Counted from the first letter of the stretch, positions 28,701-43,700 are shown. The stretch: DNA of 64,000 bases from Callorhinchus milii (GCF_018977255.1 NW_024704743.1:24678001-24742000), one strand, 5' to 3'. Translations and numbers: made by a program. Notes: a model not told the origin generated them from the letters alone.

Positions 28701-31700
28701 AGTCAGCATGGATTTGTGAAGGGTAGGTCATGTCTGACAAATCTAATTGAATTTTTTGAGGAGGTCACTATCGTAGTGGATAAAAGGGTGTCTATGGATG
28801 TCGTCTACAAGGACTTTCAGAAGGCATTTGATAAGGTTCAGCACAAGAAGTTATTAGCAAAAATGAAAGTGCATGGAATTGGAGCTAACCTTACAATGTG
28901 CTTGGAAATTGGTTGGGAGGCAGGAAACAGAGAGTAGGGATAAAAGGAATATACACTGATTGACAGGACATGGCAAGTGGTGTTCCCCAAGGGTCTTTAC
29001 TGGGGCCTTTATATATGACTTAGATGAAGAAATAGAGAGGTTTATATCAAAATTTGTAGCTGACAGAAAGTTAGGAGGAACTTTTTAAGTTGTGTAGATG
29101 GGAGCAGGAAGTTACAAAGGGACTTGCACAGATTAAGTGAGTGGGCAAAACTTGGCAGATAGAATTCAATGTGGGTTAGTTCAAGGTCATCCACTATGAA
29201 TCCAAAAATAACAAAACAGAATATTTTCTAAATGGTGAGAAACTAAGAATTGTGGAGGAGCAAAGGGATTTGGGTGTCCACGTACACAAATCACTAAAAA
29301 TAAGCTCACGGGTACAAAACATTATTAAAAAGGCTAATGGGTTGTTGGCCTTTATCTCAAGAGGGCTGGAATATAAAGGAGAGAAAATGATGCTTCAAAT
29401 TTTATAGAGCCTCGAGTCCTACCCCGTCTGGAGCACTGCGTTCAGTTTGGGCACCGCACCTCAGGAAGGTTATATTGGCTTTGGAGGGGGTGCAGCGCAG
29501 ATTCAACAGAATAATACTACGGTTTAAAGGGTTAAATTATGAGGACAAGTTGCATAAACTTGGTCTCTATTCCCTTGAGTTTAAATGGTTGAGAGGTGAT
29601 CTGATTGACATTTTTAAACTAATAAAAGGATTCGATGGGGTAGATACAGATAAACTATTTGCTCTAGTGGGGAATCCAGAAGGGGGTATAATCTTAAAAT
29701 TAGAGCTAGGCCATTTATGAGTGAAATCAGGAGGCAGTTTTTTACCTAAAAGATAGTGGAAATCTGGAACTCTCTGCCCAAAAGGCTGTGGATGATGATC
29801 CAGTCACATTTTCCAGACTGAGGTGGAGAGATATTTGTTGGTTCAGCATAACAAGGGATATGGGACAAGGGCAGGTTGCCCCATATCTCTCCCCGCCCCC
29901 CCTTGAATCAACTGTGCGGATCACGATCTGGCAGCAGGAACGACCGGTCTCCCAGTGGTGGGGGATGGCTCACTATCTGGCAGCAGCCAGAGCCTGCAGG
30001 TGGGAGGATGTGGTTGGTAAGAAGATAAGCTTGCCATCCCCTCAGCTTGGAAGGGACTTCCTGACACACTGCAGCAACTGGCAACAGTACTTCCACTCCT
30101 CATGTGTTGGGATGCTGTAATGTGAGGATGGTTTGCTAGGCAGGAAGGGAGCAGGCAGCCCGATGTTGAAAATGGTTGGTATTGGGTCGGATTAAATCAT
30201 CCCCCGGGCCAGATGCGTATCTTGTTCCCTCTTGAAGACCAATATGGATTTTCCCTCATCTACCGCTCTCGGCAACAACATCAACAACATTATATTTGTA
30301 TAGCTCCTCTCACATCGGGAGGACATCCCAGGGCATAATATGTATTCAAACAACAACAATAATATCTTGCATTTATGTAGCCCCCTTCACATGGTGTAGC
30401 ATCTCAGAGCATTTAACTGTAGCAGAGGTTGACGTGATCAGTTGTGGAAGCTTCGGACTGTTGAAACAGAGTAGCTTAGTGCATGACAGAAGGGTAGTGA
30501 AGCCTGTAAATGGAGTTCATCCAACAACTGACTACTGAATTTAGATTTGCATTAGAAAATGCTCAACTTTTTTTTAATCACTATTCACTACAGACCAAAG
30601 ATGTACAATGCCAAATAGCAGTGCGTTCTGGCCATAAAACATAACATTTTGTGGGGTATTGCTGTACCCAAGTTGGCTGCCTTGTTTTCCCACAAAATAC
30701 AGTGGCTACACTGTACAGTAAATGCTGTGAAGCACCTTGACAGCTTCTCGATGTGAAAAGTGCTATATCAAATGCAAGCATTACAATTAAAAGTAACGTA
30801 ACATTCACCTTTGGACCTTGCAATCCTCTGTGGCCTTGTGGACCCTGTACAAAGTGAACAGATTAAAGGAATTATTTGTCCTGTGTTGGATACGAGGGAA
30901 ATCTTTGTGGATTATAGATTATCAATTTGAATAATTATCAAACGTTTCCCAACAATGTTTTCCAGCATGGCATACAGATATTTCAGAAAATTATCATTGC
31001 GATACTGAACAATCATTTTTGAATATGGATTTGGTTGACCTGATTGGATTTTAAAATTAAGAACATTAGAAAATATCGTAAACTGCAGAAATTAGTTGTA
31101 TTATACAGTATCTGATTAAATGTTACAGTGATTCTTACAATGTTTCCAAAACTTCCAGTTTCTCCTTGAATGCCTTCTTTTCCTGGATTACCCTGCAAAA
31201 GAAAATTTCTGTATTATCTTTGGTACCTTCTGTTTAGTTTACTGAAAGATGCAAACAAACTTATTAGTACAGGCTATATATTTTATCTATCATACTGATC
31301 AGATGATATCTCATTAATTTACAGTAAATAATACTTCAAATTGGCTTCCAACTCTAACCATATATACTTTTATTGTACCATATTTTGATATAAAGATGCC
31401 ATGACAATTGCAACTTAGATCCATGCTCAAATTCATAGCTGTCACTAAGACCTACAAAGTATGGAGATATGTGTGATGGAGTAATACTGAATCATATGAG
31501 CACAGGGGATTTTAGGAAGATCAAGAAAAAAGCACAATTATTCTTTTTTGGTTGATCTCAAGCCCCAATCCCATCTCCTCATGATAAGCCCTCTTTCTTT
31601 ATAAACAGTCTGGTTAGCCGGCCACCTCTGAATCTCTCAGCCTGGACTCCCTGCGACTATAACACTGTCCCCTCTCCCCACGATGACCGATGCAAGCGGA

Positions 31701-34700
31701 CTGACCATGCCTCGCTGACCTCCAACCCCCCACCGTTTTCTCTTAGTCTCGACATATGCATTTTGGCTGTCGCCACCAACCCGAGCTGCTTCCCCATAAT
31801 GCTCCCACCTCTGTCCTCTAGCCTCCATTACTCTCGCTCGGTCCTCCTCTCCCACCACCCTCCCCGACTCCTATCCCTGCTCGACCATCCCACAGCCTCC
31901 CTCTGCTCCAGCCTACGAATCCTCCATCAGCAGCCACTCTGACTGCCCTATCCCCCATTCTCACCGCAAGGCCCATTGGTCCTGGCCAACCTCTCCTTCC
32001 TCATCCACATCTCTACCCTCCCTGTCAGTCCTCCCCATCCCCCACATCACCCCCCACATTCCACCACCAATCGTCTCCTCCGCATCAGTCTACATAATGT
32101 CCGCTCCCACTCCAACAAAACACTCATCATTCCAGACTTCGTCGATGAAAACATCAGCATTCTCGCCCTCACTAAAACCTGGATCACTCCAGACGACACC
32201 TTCCTCCTGACAGAGGCCACACCACCCAGCTACAACTTCCATCACCCCTCGACCTAACCGCCATGGTGGCAGGGTGGCTCTCATCTCGGCCTATCCCCTT
32301 ACTCCTCTGGAACCTTCCCCTCCTTTGAGCACCTTATCCTTTATCACCCCGCCAACCTTTCCCTCAAAATTCTCCTGATCTATCGCCCCATCCCCCTCCC
32401 GGAGCCCTCCCCCACCTTCATCCCTGACATCTTCACCCTCCTATCTTCCCTCTCCCTCTGTTCCGAACGCCTCCTCATCCTAGGTGACTTCAACCTTCAC
32501 TTCACCCCCTCCTTCTCTTCCTCTGCTGACTCCTCCTCCCTTATCTCCTCCCTCAACCTCTCCTTCCACATCCACTCCTCCACCCATGTCTGCGGTCACC
32601 CCCTCGACCTGGTGATCACTTGGGGCCTCACCATCTCGGACCTCACCATCATCGAAAAACCGATCCCGCACCATCACTTCATCTCCCTTAACTCCTCAAT
32701 CCCTCTCCCCATTGCCATCCAGCCCACCTCCATCTCCTACCACCCCTGGAAAAAAATCTCCCTCTTGGCTGCCTTGGAGTCATCTGAACTCCTCCCCCCC
32801 TGGGCTTTCTCCCACAATGACCTATCCTCCTCGGTCACTCTTCTCCACAGCTCCCTCTTCACCACTCTCAATTCTTTTGCTCCCCTCTCTTCCCAAATTG
32901 TCTCCTATTCATGTAAGTCACCATGGTACACCAGCCACCTCCGCTTCCTTAATGCACAGCTGCGTGCCGCACCTCTCTTAAATCAAACTTAATGGTCCAT
33001 CGGCAGATCCGGCAGGACCTTATCAAATCTTACTGCTCTGTCCTTGCCTCCACTAAATCAGCGTTCTACTCCAAGACAATCTTGGAGGCTAAGGACAACC
33101 CCAGGCTCCTCTTCTTCATCACCAACCAGCTCCTCCGCCCACCCTCACACACCTCGCCCATCCTCACCTCCAATGCAACCGTGAGGCAATGCTGGACTTC
33201 CTTGAATCCCAAATCAAGGGGATCCGCTCAGCTGCCTCTGCCCTTCCATCTCCTATACCCTCCCCATCTGCCCCTCCCACCCTGGCCCCTACCCATTCCT
33301 CCCTCCACACCTTTGAACCTGTCTGCCACTACTCTTTCATCACCACTGTAACCAGAATGAAACCGACCACCTGCTTCCTCGACCTTATCCCTACCCCTCT
33401 TCTTACCTCCCAGCTCCAGCTCCACCTCCTTGCCCCTCATCTCACAGACATCATAAACCTCTCCCTGTCCACAACTATTCCCATCCCATTAAAAATAGCC
33501 ATCATCACTCCTATCCTTAAAAAATCCTCCTTGGACCCATCTCTACTCTCAAACTACCGCCCCATCTCCAACCTCATTTTCCTTTGCAAGTTACTGGAAC
33601 TCCACAAACGGTTTCTCCTCTAGCCCCCACACCGTCTTGTGTGACATTCCCCAGGGCTCTGTCCTTGGTCCCCTCCTCTTAAATATCTATATTGACATCT
33701 GACTGTTCAGTGCTTTGGGACATCCTCCCGACATGAAAGGAGCTCTATAAATGTAATTTTGTTGTTGTTGTTGCTGTATATGCTCCCTCTTGACATAGGG
33801 GCAACTTCCACATGTATGCGAATGACACCCAACTGTACCTCTCTGCCTCCACCCTTGACTCCAGGATCACTGCTGTCCTGACAGACTATCTGTTAGACAT
33901 CAAGTCCTAGATGAGAGTTAATTTTCTTCAGTTGAACGTCAACAAGACCGAGGCTCTCCTGTTTGGTTCCCCTCAGCAACTCCACACCTCAGGCACTGAC
34001 AGCATCACCATACATGGATGCACACTCCACCTTACTAAGCCAGTCCAGAACATTGGCATATTGTTTGACTCTCAACTATTCTTTCTACCCCACATCTGTG
34101 CCATGACCCGCTCTGCCTTCTCCCAAATCTGCAACATCAACCGGCTCCGCCACTTTCTCATACCATAGGCTGCCAAAATTCTCATACATGCTTTCATTAC
34201 ATCGAGCTTTGACTATGCAAACTGCTTGCTTGTCAGCCTCTCCAACCTCCCTCCATAGGTTGCAGATCATCCAAAACTTTGCAAACCGTGCCCTCTTCCG
34301 CACCATGGTCCTTGACCCTTTCACCCGCATCCTCGCCTGACTCTACTGGCTTCCCATCAGACAGAGGATACAGTTCAAGATCCCGGTCCTCACCTTCAAA
34401 GCCCTCCATAGTCTTGCTCCACCTACCTCTGCGACCTCCTAACCTCCTACCATCCTGCTCGCTCCCTCTGCTTAGTGTGCTCCAGCCTGCTTCACGTCCC
34501 TCACCTCGCTCATCCCACTAGGCTCCCACTCTGCTCCCACCCTCTGGAACTCCGTCCCGCAGTCCCTCCACCTCGCCCCTTCCTTGACTCCTTCAAGACC
34601 CATCTCAAGATCTTCCTCTTCGACTGTGCTTTCAATCTCCCTCTTCGCCCCCTGCCCTCCACCCTCCCTGATCCTGATCCCCAGCTCGGGTCTGAAACTC

Positions 34701-37700
34701 TGACTGTCCAGCGCCTTGGGATGTCCTCCCGACGTGAAAGGCACTATACAAATGTAATTTTGCTGTTGTTGTTGTGTTGTAAACTACAGTTGAAACTAAT
34801 AGCACTGTTTTCCCAATCGCACAATTTACAGAGAGCAACACGTTGCTACACAAATACATTTGAGCATAAAGTTTGTGATAAATACATACCTGTGGACCTG
34901 GGACTCCTTCCACACCCTTAGGGCCTGTGACATTATTACTGCTGCCAAATATTCCCTTAAAGAGAAAATATGATGTTTTAAAAATTTGTAATGATATACA
35001 GTGAGTGATCCAATTAAATTGACAATTGGCATTGATTCTCAAAATAATCCTTTGATCAAAAACTGGATTTCATTTCAGATAGTTGTCTTAGAATCTCACA
35101 AGTATAGAACCTTTTATCTATTCTGTAGACTCTCTGCTCAGTTTCAAACAAGACATGTTTGCATATATTGGATAGCATCAGACATAGGATGATCTTAATG
35201 CATACCTTCTACAGTCAAGGGCAGACTGCCACATACATCTGTGATATTACAAAGTATTTGAAGCATACAAAGAGTAATAAGAATGTGGAATACAGTGTTC
35301 CATAAAGACACAGCTGAGAAATTAGTTGAGGGATTTAATAAGAGTAATTCTTGCACTTGGTGTAGCACCTCATCATACCATCGCAACGTCTCATAGCCCT
35401 TCATAGGATTTAACTGTGTAATGTAGTGAATGCAGCAGCCCATGTGTGCTTAATGTCCCACAGCTTTGAAGTAAATGGCCAATTTTATTTGGAGGATCGT
35501 TGGCCAGAACATCGGAAAATCTCCCTTCTTTGTTTGTTTCCCACAACCCTTTCTCATTGCTCCCTCCCTTCCTTCAACGCACGTCTCAAGACCCTCATCT
35601 TTGACCACGCCTTCGACCACCCTCCTACCACTACCATCCCTACCCTCCACCCCTCCTGATGCCAATCCCCTGCTCGGGTCCAAATCCCGACGTGAAGGGT
35701 ACCATACAAATGTAATTTGTTGTCTTTAAATAGTGCCATGGAATCTTTGACATTCACCTAAACAGGCAGACGGGTATTGGTTTAAGGCTGTGGTGGCTTG
35801 GCAGGTAAAGCAAGTGAGATCTCGCAGGGAGCACTGAGAGACCAGTGGAGAAGCGGAGCAGATTGAGATCAGCGGGTCTACTGCGAGCATGGGAAAGCAG
35901 GCTTGGCGTGAGATCAGCGGAAACGGTGAGCGAGCTGGGCTGGGTATAACTGTCGACTATAGACATTGCGCACGCGTGAAGTATCTGTTGCTATGGGAAC
36001 CAGGTAGTTTGGTTAGGTAAACTCATAAATTGCCTCATCTGTCAAAAAGTTCACCAGCCACCACTGGTTTAAGGACTCGCTCACAAGGCGTCACCTCCAA
36101 CAATCTAAGCCACCCCCCCACACTTCCCCCAAGCACTGCACTCGAATGTCAGCATAGACTGCGTTTGAAAGAGAGTACATCCATAATACTTTCGGATAAA
36201 AAGAAAATGTGGGATTAAAAGAGTTGTGGCAATGTGAGCAATACATACCAGAGACTATAGCAGAGCAGGCTCTATGGGGCACGTGGCTTTATCTGGTTTC
36301 TAATTTCCCATTTCCCAGTGATCACCCATTTAAGTATTTCCTTCATCCACAGACAGATAAGTGTGCTTTACTTACAGGGTCACCACGCAAGCCAAGTTCA
36401 CCGCGTTCTCCATGATCTCCCTTCGGCCCTTTCTTTCCCTATAATTTACCAATAAAAAGTATTATTTCCTCGAAAAATCTGTGACAGTATTTCTACAGTT
36501 GGTGTCAAACTCTAATGAACACTGTGGCTATGGTAAATAATTTCACTGTTTGATTTTACAATAATTGTTGCCAATAATAACAATAATAATCCTTAGATTT
36601 GATATAGCGCCTCATAACATTGTTGAGACTTCTCAAAACGCTTCGCAGAATATACCTTAAAATGGATTAATTGTGTTTTGTGGGCGAAACATGGCAGCCA
36701 TTTGCGTACAGCAGGGTCCCACAAATAATCATTGTTTGAGTTATCAAATTATTGTAATTTTATTTAAGGAATTATTATCCTCCCGGAAAGCGATCTGCCA
36801 ATTGACTAACAACTGAGTTCCTACTTACTGCTAGGTAAACAGAGGCGTGTGGCGTAAGGAAACTTGCCTAACATTTCACCCTGTCCGGGTATCGCCAATT
36901 AAGCAGAGTGGACTTCAAGCAGAGCGATGAGAGTTGGTCTGCTGAGAGTTAGGGCTGAAGAGACTTTAAGACTACAATTTGTCAGAGTAATGGAGTGATG
37001 TGGGAGATTCTGGCCTCTTTGAGTGCCAGGGACAACTGTACATATTATTAAGTATGTTAAATTGAGTGCTCTCAAGTTGCTGAGCTTGAGGAGCAACCAA
37101 TTTAACACACTTAAGATACATGCAGTTGTCCCCAGCACTCGAAGAGGACAGAATCTCCCACATCACTCCATTACTCAGACAAATTGTAGTCCTAACGTCT
37201 ATAATTTAAATGTGTTAAATTGGCTGCTCCTCAAGCTGAGCTCCTCAAGCTGGGAACATTCATGACATACTGTGGACATTTGTGACATACTGGGGACATT
37301 CATGACATACTGGGGACATTTGTGACATACTGGGGACATTTGTGACATACTGGGGACATTTGTGACATACTGGGGACATTTGTGACATTCGTGATGTTGA
37401 GGGGGTTCCTGGATCACACAGTCCACCCCAAAGGCAAGCAGACACAGTGAAGAAGGGAAGTGGGTAACCGTTCACGGAGGTCAGAAGGGTGGAGACAGTG
37501 CAGAGATCCACTGGAGATATTGTCCTGACAAACAGGTATCAGGCATCACATACCTGTGACAAGGACAACACCTCAACAAAACAGAACCATGAGCAATAGC
37601 ATGCCACCTTGCAGCAAGTGTCTGCTGTGGGTAAGGAAGTGAAGGACAGGAATTCAGTAATGATAGGAGCATTTCTGATGCTGAAACCCTGAGTTCTGAA

Positions 37701-40700
37701 TGGTCTTTTGCTTTCCCACCATAAGGGATATAACTGTGCAGGGACAGAATATTTTGGAGAGGGAGGAACAGCCATTTGGCAAGCTATACGGTTTTAGCTG
37801 GTTAGACTTTAACCCATATTGTGGAGTCCCCAAATCTTGGCTCTTGCCAACCTGCGCCTAATACTTTCCAAAATAAGATAAGCGAGATGCATCACTCCAG
37901 GGATAGAGTGTGCATTCTATTCAAACAATCTATCTCTGGAATCTCGGAGTGTAGGTGGGATTCATGGAAATCTCAGTTTGGTTTGGATACTCTTAAACAT
38001 GGTGATAGGTTTCTGCATGTGTCAGACACCCGGCTGACCAAAAAAAAAGGACATTGAGACAAATTCTGAAGCGGGAATGAGCTGTACGGAGTGGATGGTC
38101 TACACCTAAACAAAGTTAGCACCAATGTCCTAGCTGGCAAAATAACCAGGGCTACAGCAGAGCATTTAAACTAATATGGGAGGGAGGAACATGAAGTGAT
38201 ATGGAGGGGAGTGGGACATGCAGAAAACCTCGACTCATGTGCAGTATAACCACCTGCTGGACTGGTTGGGCTGAATGGCCTGCTTTTGTCCTGTACATTC
38301 TTTGTAAATATTTGTAAGTAAAAAAACTTCTAATTGAACAATGAACTCAAAACAATAGGATGAATGGCTGACAGACAAGCATTGAATATCCGATTGGTAT
38401 TAGACAGCAATCATCCTTTCTCTAATTTCATATATCACTTGTAGGCTGAGGCACTTCAGAATTTGTGTGTTTCACTCAGTGAAATATCTATAGTAAAATT
38501 GCAATTGCCAGTGTAACAAGCTATAGTCGAACCCAATTAGCATGGTGGTTAGGTCTATAAAATCCGACCCTGTCTTCTTATAGTGTACATTACAGTGACC
38601 ACTGGTCAGCGTTTCCATGGCGTCAAGTCTCTGACAATATCAGCAAACTGAACGACACACAAGAAGCTAACAAACACTCTCTTTTGAGTGTTTCCAGCAT
38701 TTGCTGAGAATCCACTGATGCCAGAAGTTTTCTGTGTTTGCGTGCTCTATGCAGAGAGCTGGCCAGTTAGTGCTGGAAACATACTGCACTACAAGCATAC
38801 TTGGGTTTGTGGTGCACCCACATTGTATACGGATACGATTGTACACTATTGCACTTAAAAAATATTCTAAACTGAACTGTTTACATTCCGGAATATAATT
38901 CATTTCATGATTAATCACTGCTAAAGTTAACTTCAGACACAGTTTACATTTGCCTAGAAAAAAATACATAGTCACTACATTTTACAGTAAATTATTACTC
39001 AGTCTTGTGGGTTCAAAACCCACATCAGGACTTTGAACTCACAGTCTAGCCTGACACTCCAATATGGGGGTGGGTGTGACAATCTTTGCATTTGATACTG
39101 TACTTATAAATTTGATATAAAATATATTTATAAAAATGTGATATAGTTGAGAATGGCTCAAAGCACTTTGCTTGTGCATTTGTAGGACTATTTGACACGT
39201 TAGGCAAAACAATTGTGGAAAGTTGTAGTGAATGCATATTTATTGGGCTCATAATGTGATTTGTATAAATTGATAATAAAAGCTTTACCCTATCTCCATC
39301 GATTCCTTTTTCACCAGGCATTCCAACAATCCCAACTGTTCCCTGAAACAGAACAATATTGTATCAATATTTGAAACGCATTTGAAAATAGCGTTTTTGA
39401 AAAAAATCATAAATGTTTACCTCCTCTCCATTTATTCCATCAATAGCTTGCTCCCCTTCAGAACCCTGTTAGAATAAAAATGATAGGGTACTCATTAAAA
39501 TTACAAATATCAAACTGAGCAAAATATTGGAAGGATATTGGATATTAAGTATAAATAATGTTTGCTTACCATCTCTCCTGGATAGCCATTTCTCCCCTGA
39601 AACAAATTAGTTTGATTGTTAAATTGCAATAATAAATGTAGGAATATTTAAATTATTGATGCATACGAATTTACATGGAACACAGTCTTGCCTTGAAACC
39701 TCTGGGACCTTGACATCCCATATTTCCTCGATTTCCAGTAAGACCGGGTGGGCCTCTCTCACCCTGGAAAACAAATTGAGATTAATTTAATTGATATTCT
39801 TGAAGTTGCATTAGTATCTGGTGAAACATCGACTTAAGATTCAGTGTTTATAATATAGGCAGACTTTTATTCTCTAAGAGAAAGTTATAAGGATACAGAG
39901 GTTATGGTAATCTGCACTATTATATGTGTCTATGATGGCTATTTTGGCTTCTCAGGGCCATGACTGACCGGATGGTCAGAGTTTTGAAATGCTGATGGAA
40001 CAAGCCATCTTTCTGCAGGCACACACAGTGTATTTCTGCACCTCAAATGTGTCCTTGATTGAGAATCAAAGAACATTACTATGGTAGAGCCCTGCTGGCA
40101 CACAGTAGTTATGTGTCCATAAAATCACAATCAACACTATCAAGTGATGCGATAGCAGTCAACATTTCTGCATTCACTGTATGTGCGCACAGAAAGATGG
40201 CTGGCTCCATCTACATTTCAAAACATTGACCAACTCGCCACAACCAGGTCAGTCAGAGTTCAATTGGTGATTTTTTTTGTTATTTGGCAAGAACCTCTAT
40301 AAGCTTCATTCCTGTCTCAGTGTATCCTTTTAACTTTAAGTTAAAAATTGTAAGATCATATAGAAACCACAAATTTCAGTCACCTAAGCTAACCATCACC
40401 TCGTATACGTCTACAAGTCCATCAATTTTTTTTAAAGTAACCAAACTTACACTTTCACCTCCCGGTCCTTCATTGCCAGGTAATCCCTTAACTTCTGAAG
40501 ATCCCTAGGAAATAAGAATGTATTTAATGAAAATGTGACACAATTTTTTTTTATTATTTAGAGCACATCAGCATGCACCAAAACCTGCAATGTTAGTTTT
40601 GTAGACTTGTATTTTAAGACGCTCCCTGAAAACCAAGCAAACATGTTAACTTAAATGTTCTTTATTCAGCATCAATTTTACCCTGCAATATCACCCTGTA

Positions 40701-43700
40701 CGACAACTATTTTTTTTACTGTCGCCTGATGCCTCTACTAGCTTGGCAGTTATTGCTGGCAAACTATTTAATCATAAAGCACAACACCAGGTCCTTGATC
40801 CTATGCTCCCTTCCAGACAACGCCTCTGCATAGATAACAGGAGAGGGAACGCTGATTAAGTTTCCCAGGGGGTCTTGAGACCAGTTGTGTCCGAACTGCT
40901 AACCCCAAATGAGATCCGTAAACTCAGCAAAGTCTGGGATTCAAACATCACAAGATTGATTTGCTCATCATCTCATCTGATCTCAACCTTCCAGAATTCC
41001 CGGCCTACCGTCCTGCTGTCACAGTATCAAGTTGCCTTAAATGAGCCAGTGTCCTCTTCTTAACTACACTTCCTAGCAACATATGCCATTCTTTAATTAC
41101 CCTTTGAGTAAAGAACATTCCTGGCATCTGTCCTGAAATGGCCCTTTGCAACTCTAAACCTGTGTTGTTTTGTTCTACTGTACTAGTACATGCTATGTTC
41201 TAGTCTGTTTGGCTCAGCATAGCACTGCAACACTGCATTTTATTAAGATAGCAGAAGTACTTAATCTAAACACTAAAATGTTACCAGATTGGTTTTCAGT
41301 TTAAGACGCTATATTTAAGAAATTGGATATTGTACCGAGGTTTAGTTAGCATGAATACCTTACCTTTGGCCCTGGAGATCCGTGATCACCACGTCTACCT
41401 GGTTCTCCAGTGCATGTGCAAAAGAGATTACAACATTCCCTTCCCGCAATTACATTCTGAAATGAAATGGCAGCTTTAAAACCTTGTGTTAATATTGTAG
41501 GTTCTACGAATATGCATTCAAAACAAACACACTGGATGAATTCATGGAAGGATGAACGAGTGTAATGTTTTTTTTCCCCAAAACAACATGAATTCACATC
41601 ATAAAACTAATTATTAAGATTTACTCTCAAGACTCATCATCTTTCATTAATCTTTCATTGAATCTTTCAGCTTGAGTCAAGATGAAAACCAACAAGAAAC
41701 TGAGACATTGATATTTTTACTGGTGAGATCACATTGACCAAAAATTTAATCAGAAGGAGATAATATTTGTCAATGATTTGGCCCCAAGGCTGGTAATAAT
41801 TGTTGACTGCTATTGACCACATTGACAATTATGACCAATGATAACTTAAGATGGGTTTCTTCCACCCCTTCCCCAAAATCAAACACTTCATAAAGAGTAT
41901 ATATTTCAATGGAGGTCCAGGGTTTGACTTTCTACTTGCTGATTCTAGCGTAGGATGGGAAAAAGTTGGGAAAATGGGACTGACAGGATTGCTCTTTAAA
42001 AGAGTCAGCACAGACGTGATGGGCTAAATGGCCTTCTTTTGTGCTGTAACATTCTATTATTCTATGATAGAAATTAGCAGAATTTCATACAATCCTCTCT
42101 TGCTTTTCTCTGGATCACTTACTATTTGGTTCAGCAAAGAACTTTCAATATCCTGCATTCCAATTGATAGCTGATTTTTGTATTCAAATCCTCTTCCAAA
42201 CTCAATGAGGGAAATATTGTCGACATCCACTGCATTCTCCAGAGCCACAGTGATAAGTGCATGGACTCCTGTTTACAGAGGGAACATTCATTCATACACC
42301 ATGAATAATTACATAGAACTGTTATCGAATCGCTTCCACCATCCTTTCAGACAATGCATTCCAAATCCGAACAACTCGCTAATGTGAAAACATTTCTCCT
42401 CACCTCCCCTCTGTTTCTTTTAACAACTATTTTAAATCGGTGTCCTCAGGTTACTGACTCACTCGCTAGTGGAAATAGTTTCTCCTTGTTCACCTTATCA
42501 AATCCCCTCAGAATTTTGAAAACTTCTATCAAGTGTTCTCTTAACCTTCTCTGCTTCAAGGAGAATAATCCTAGCCTTTCTAGCTTCTCCTCATAACTGA
42601 AATCCCTCATTCTTGGTACCATCCTGGTAAATCTCCTTTGCATCCTCTCCAACTCCTTGACATCCTTCCTAAAGTGTGGTGCCCAGAACTGAACACAGTA
42701 CTCTAGCTGAGGCCTAACCAGTGTTTTATAAAGGTTCATCACAATTTCCTCACTTTTGAATTCTAAGCCCCTGTTTATGAAGCCTGGTATCCCGTATGCT
42801 TTTTTAATACCTGCACTCTCTCCAAAGTTATAAGATTCCTTCATGTAGTGTGGCGACCAGAGCTGCACATAGATTTCAAAATAATAATAATCCTTAATAA
42901 TAATAATCCTTTCATTTGTTATAGCATCTTATTACAGCAGAAGACATCTCAAAATGCTTCACAGGCATTACTGTGAAATGGAGTGCCTCTGTATTTGTAG
43001 GCAAATGTGGCAACACAATTGCATACAGCAATGTCCCACTAACAGCCATGAAACAAATAACCAAATTTATTTTGTGGGATTGTTGGCCAGGATACTGGAG
43101 ATACTCCATTTTCTTTTGGAAAACTGCCATAGGATCTTTAACACTCTACACTTTAACGGCCAGACAGGACCTCGGTTTAACACTTCATCTGAAGGAAGGC
43201 ACCTCTGACATTGCATTCTCACCTGTGAGTCAGAACATTGTGGGATCAAGCCCCATGTCGGGACTTGGAATCACATAGGTTGGACCACCCTGGCTTAGGC
43301 TATTGATTACTGAGGCCTGGACGCTCTATTTGAGAAACTTCCACGGGCTGCATAAGCAATACTTTTGTTTCCCTTCCAGAAACTTAACATAATATTGACA
43401 CCGCCTTTTTCATGTCAGAAAAATGTTTCAAAACACCTTGATACTGCCGGCAGGGAACCCAACCTGGATGAGAGCTAAGTGAGGTGGGGTAGGTAGGGGA
43501 AAAGATGACTGAAAGGGTGGTCATTGAATTATGTCTTGACGTACCTTGGAAGACAGGAAGGAGTGAGGCAGAGGGACTCTGAGAATGGAGCTCCAGAGAG
43601 TGGGTGGCAAAATGGCAATGGTGGGGAAGATGGAGTGTGGGGCAAACATGAAGCAAGCCAGTGTTTGTTGGGCAAAGTTAACAGCCGGGGTTGGAGATCG

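Noticed and set aside
37199..37511. Cys/His-rich repeat ORFs or a CRISPR-like array
   Set aside because: Translation of a 20-bp tandem minisatellite; no unique spacers, no cas genes, vertebrate DNA.
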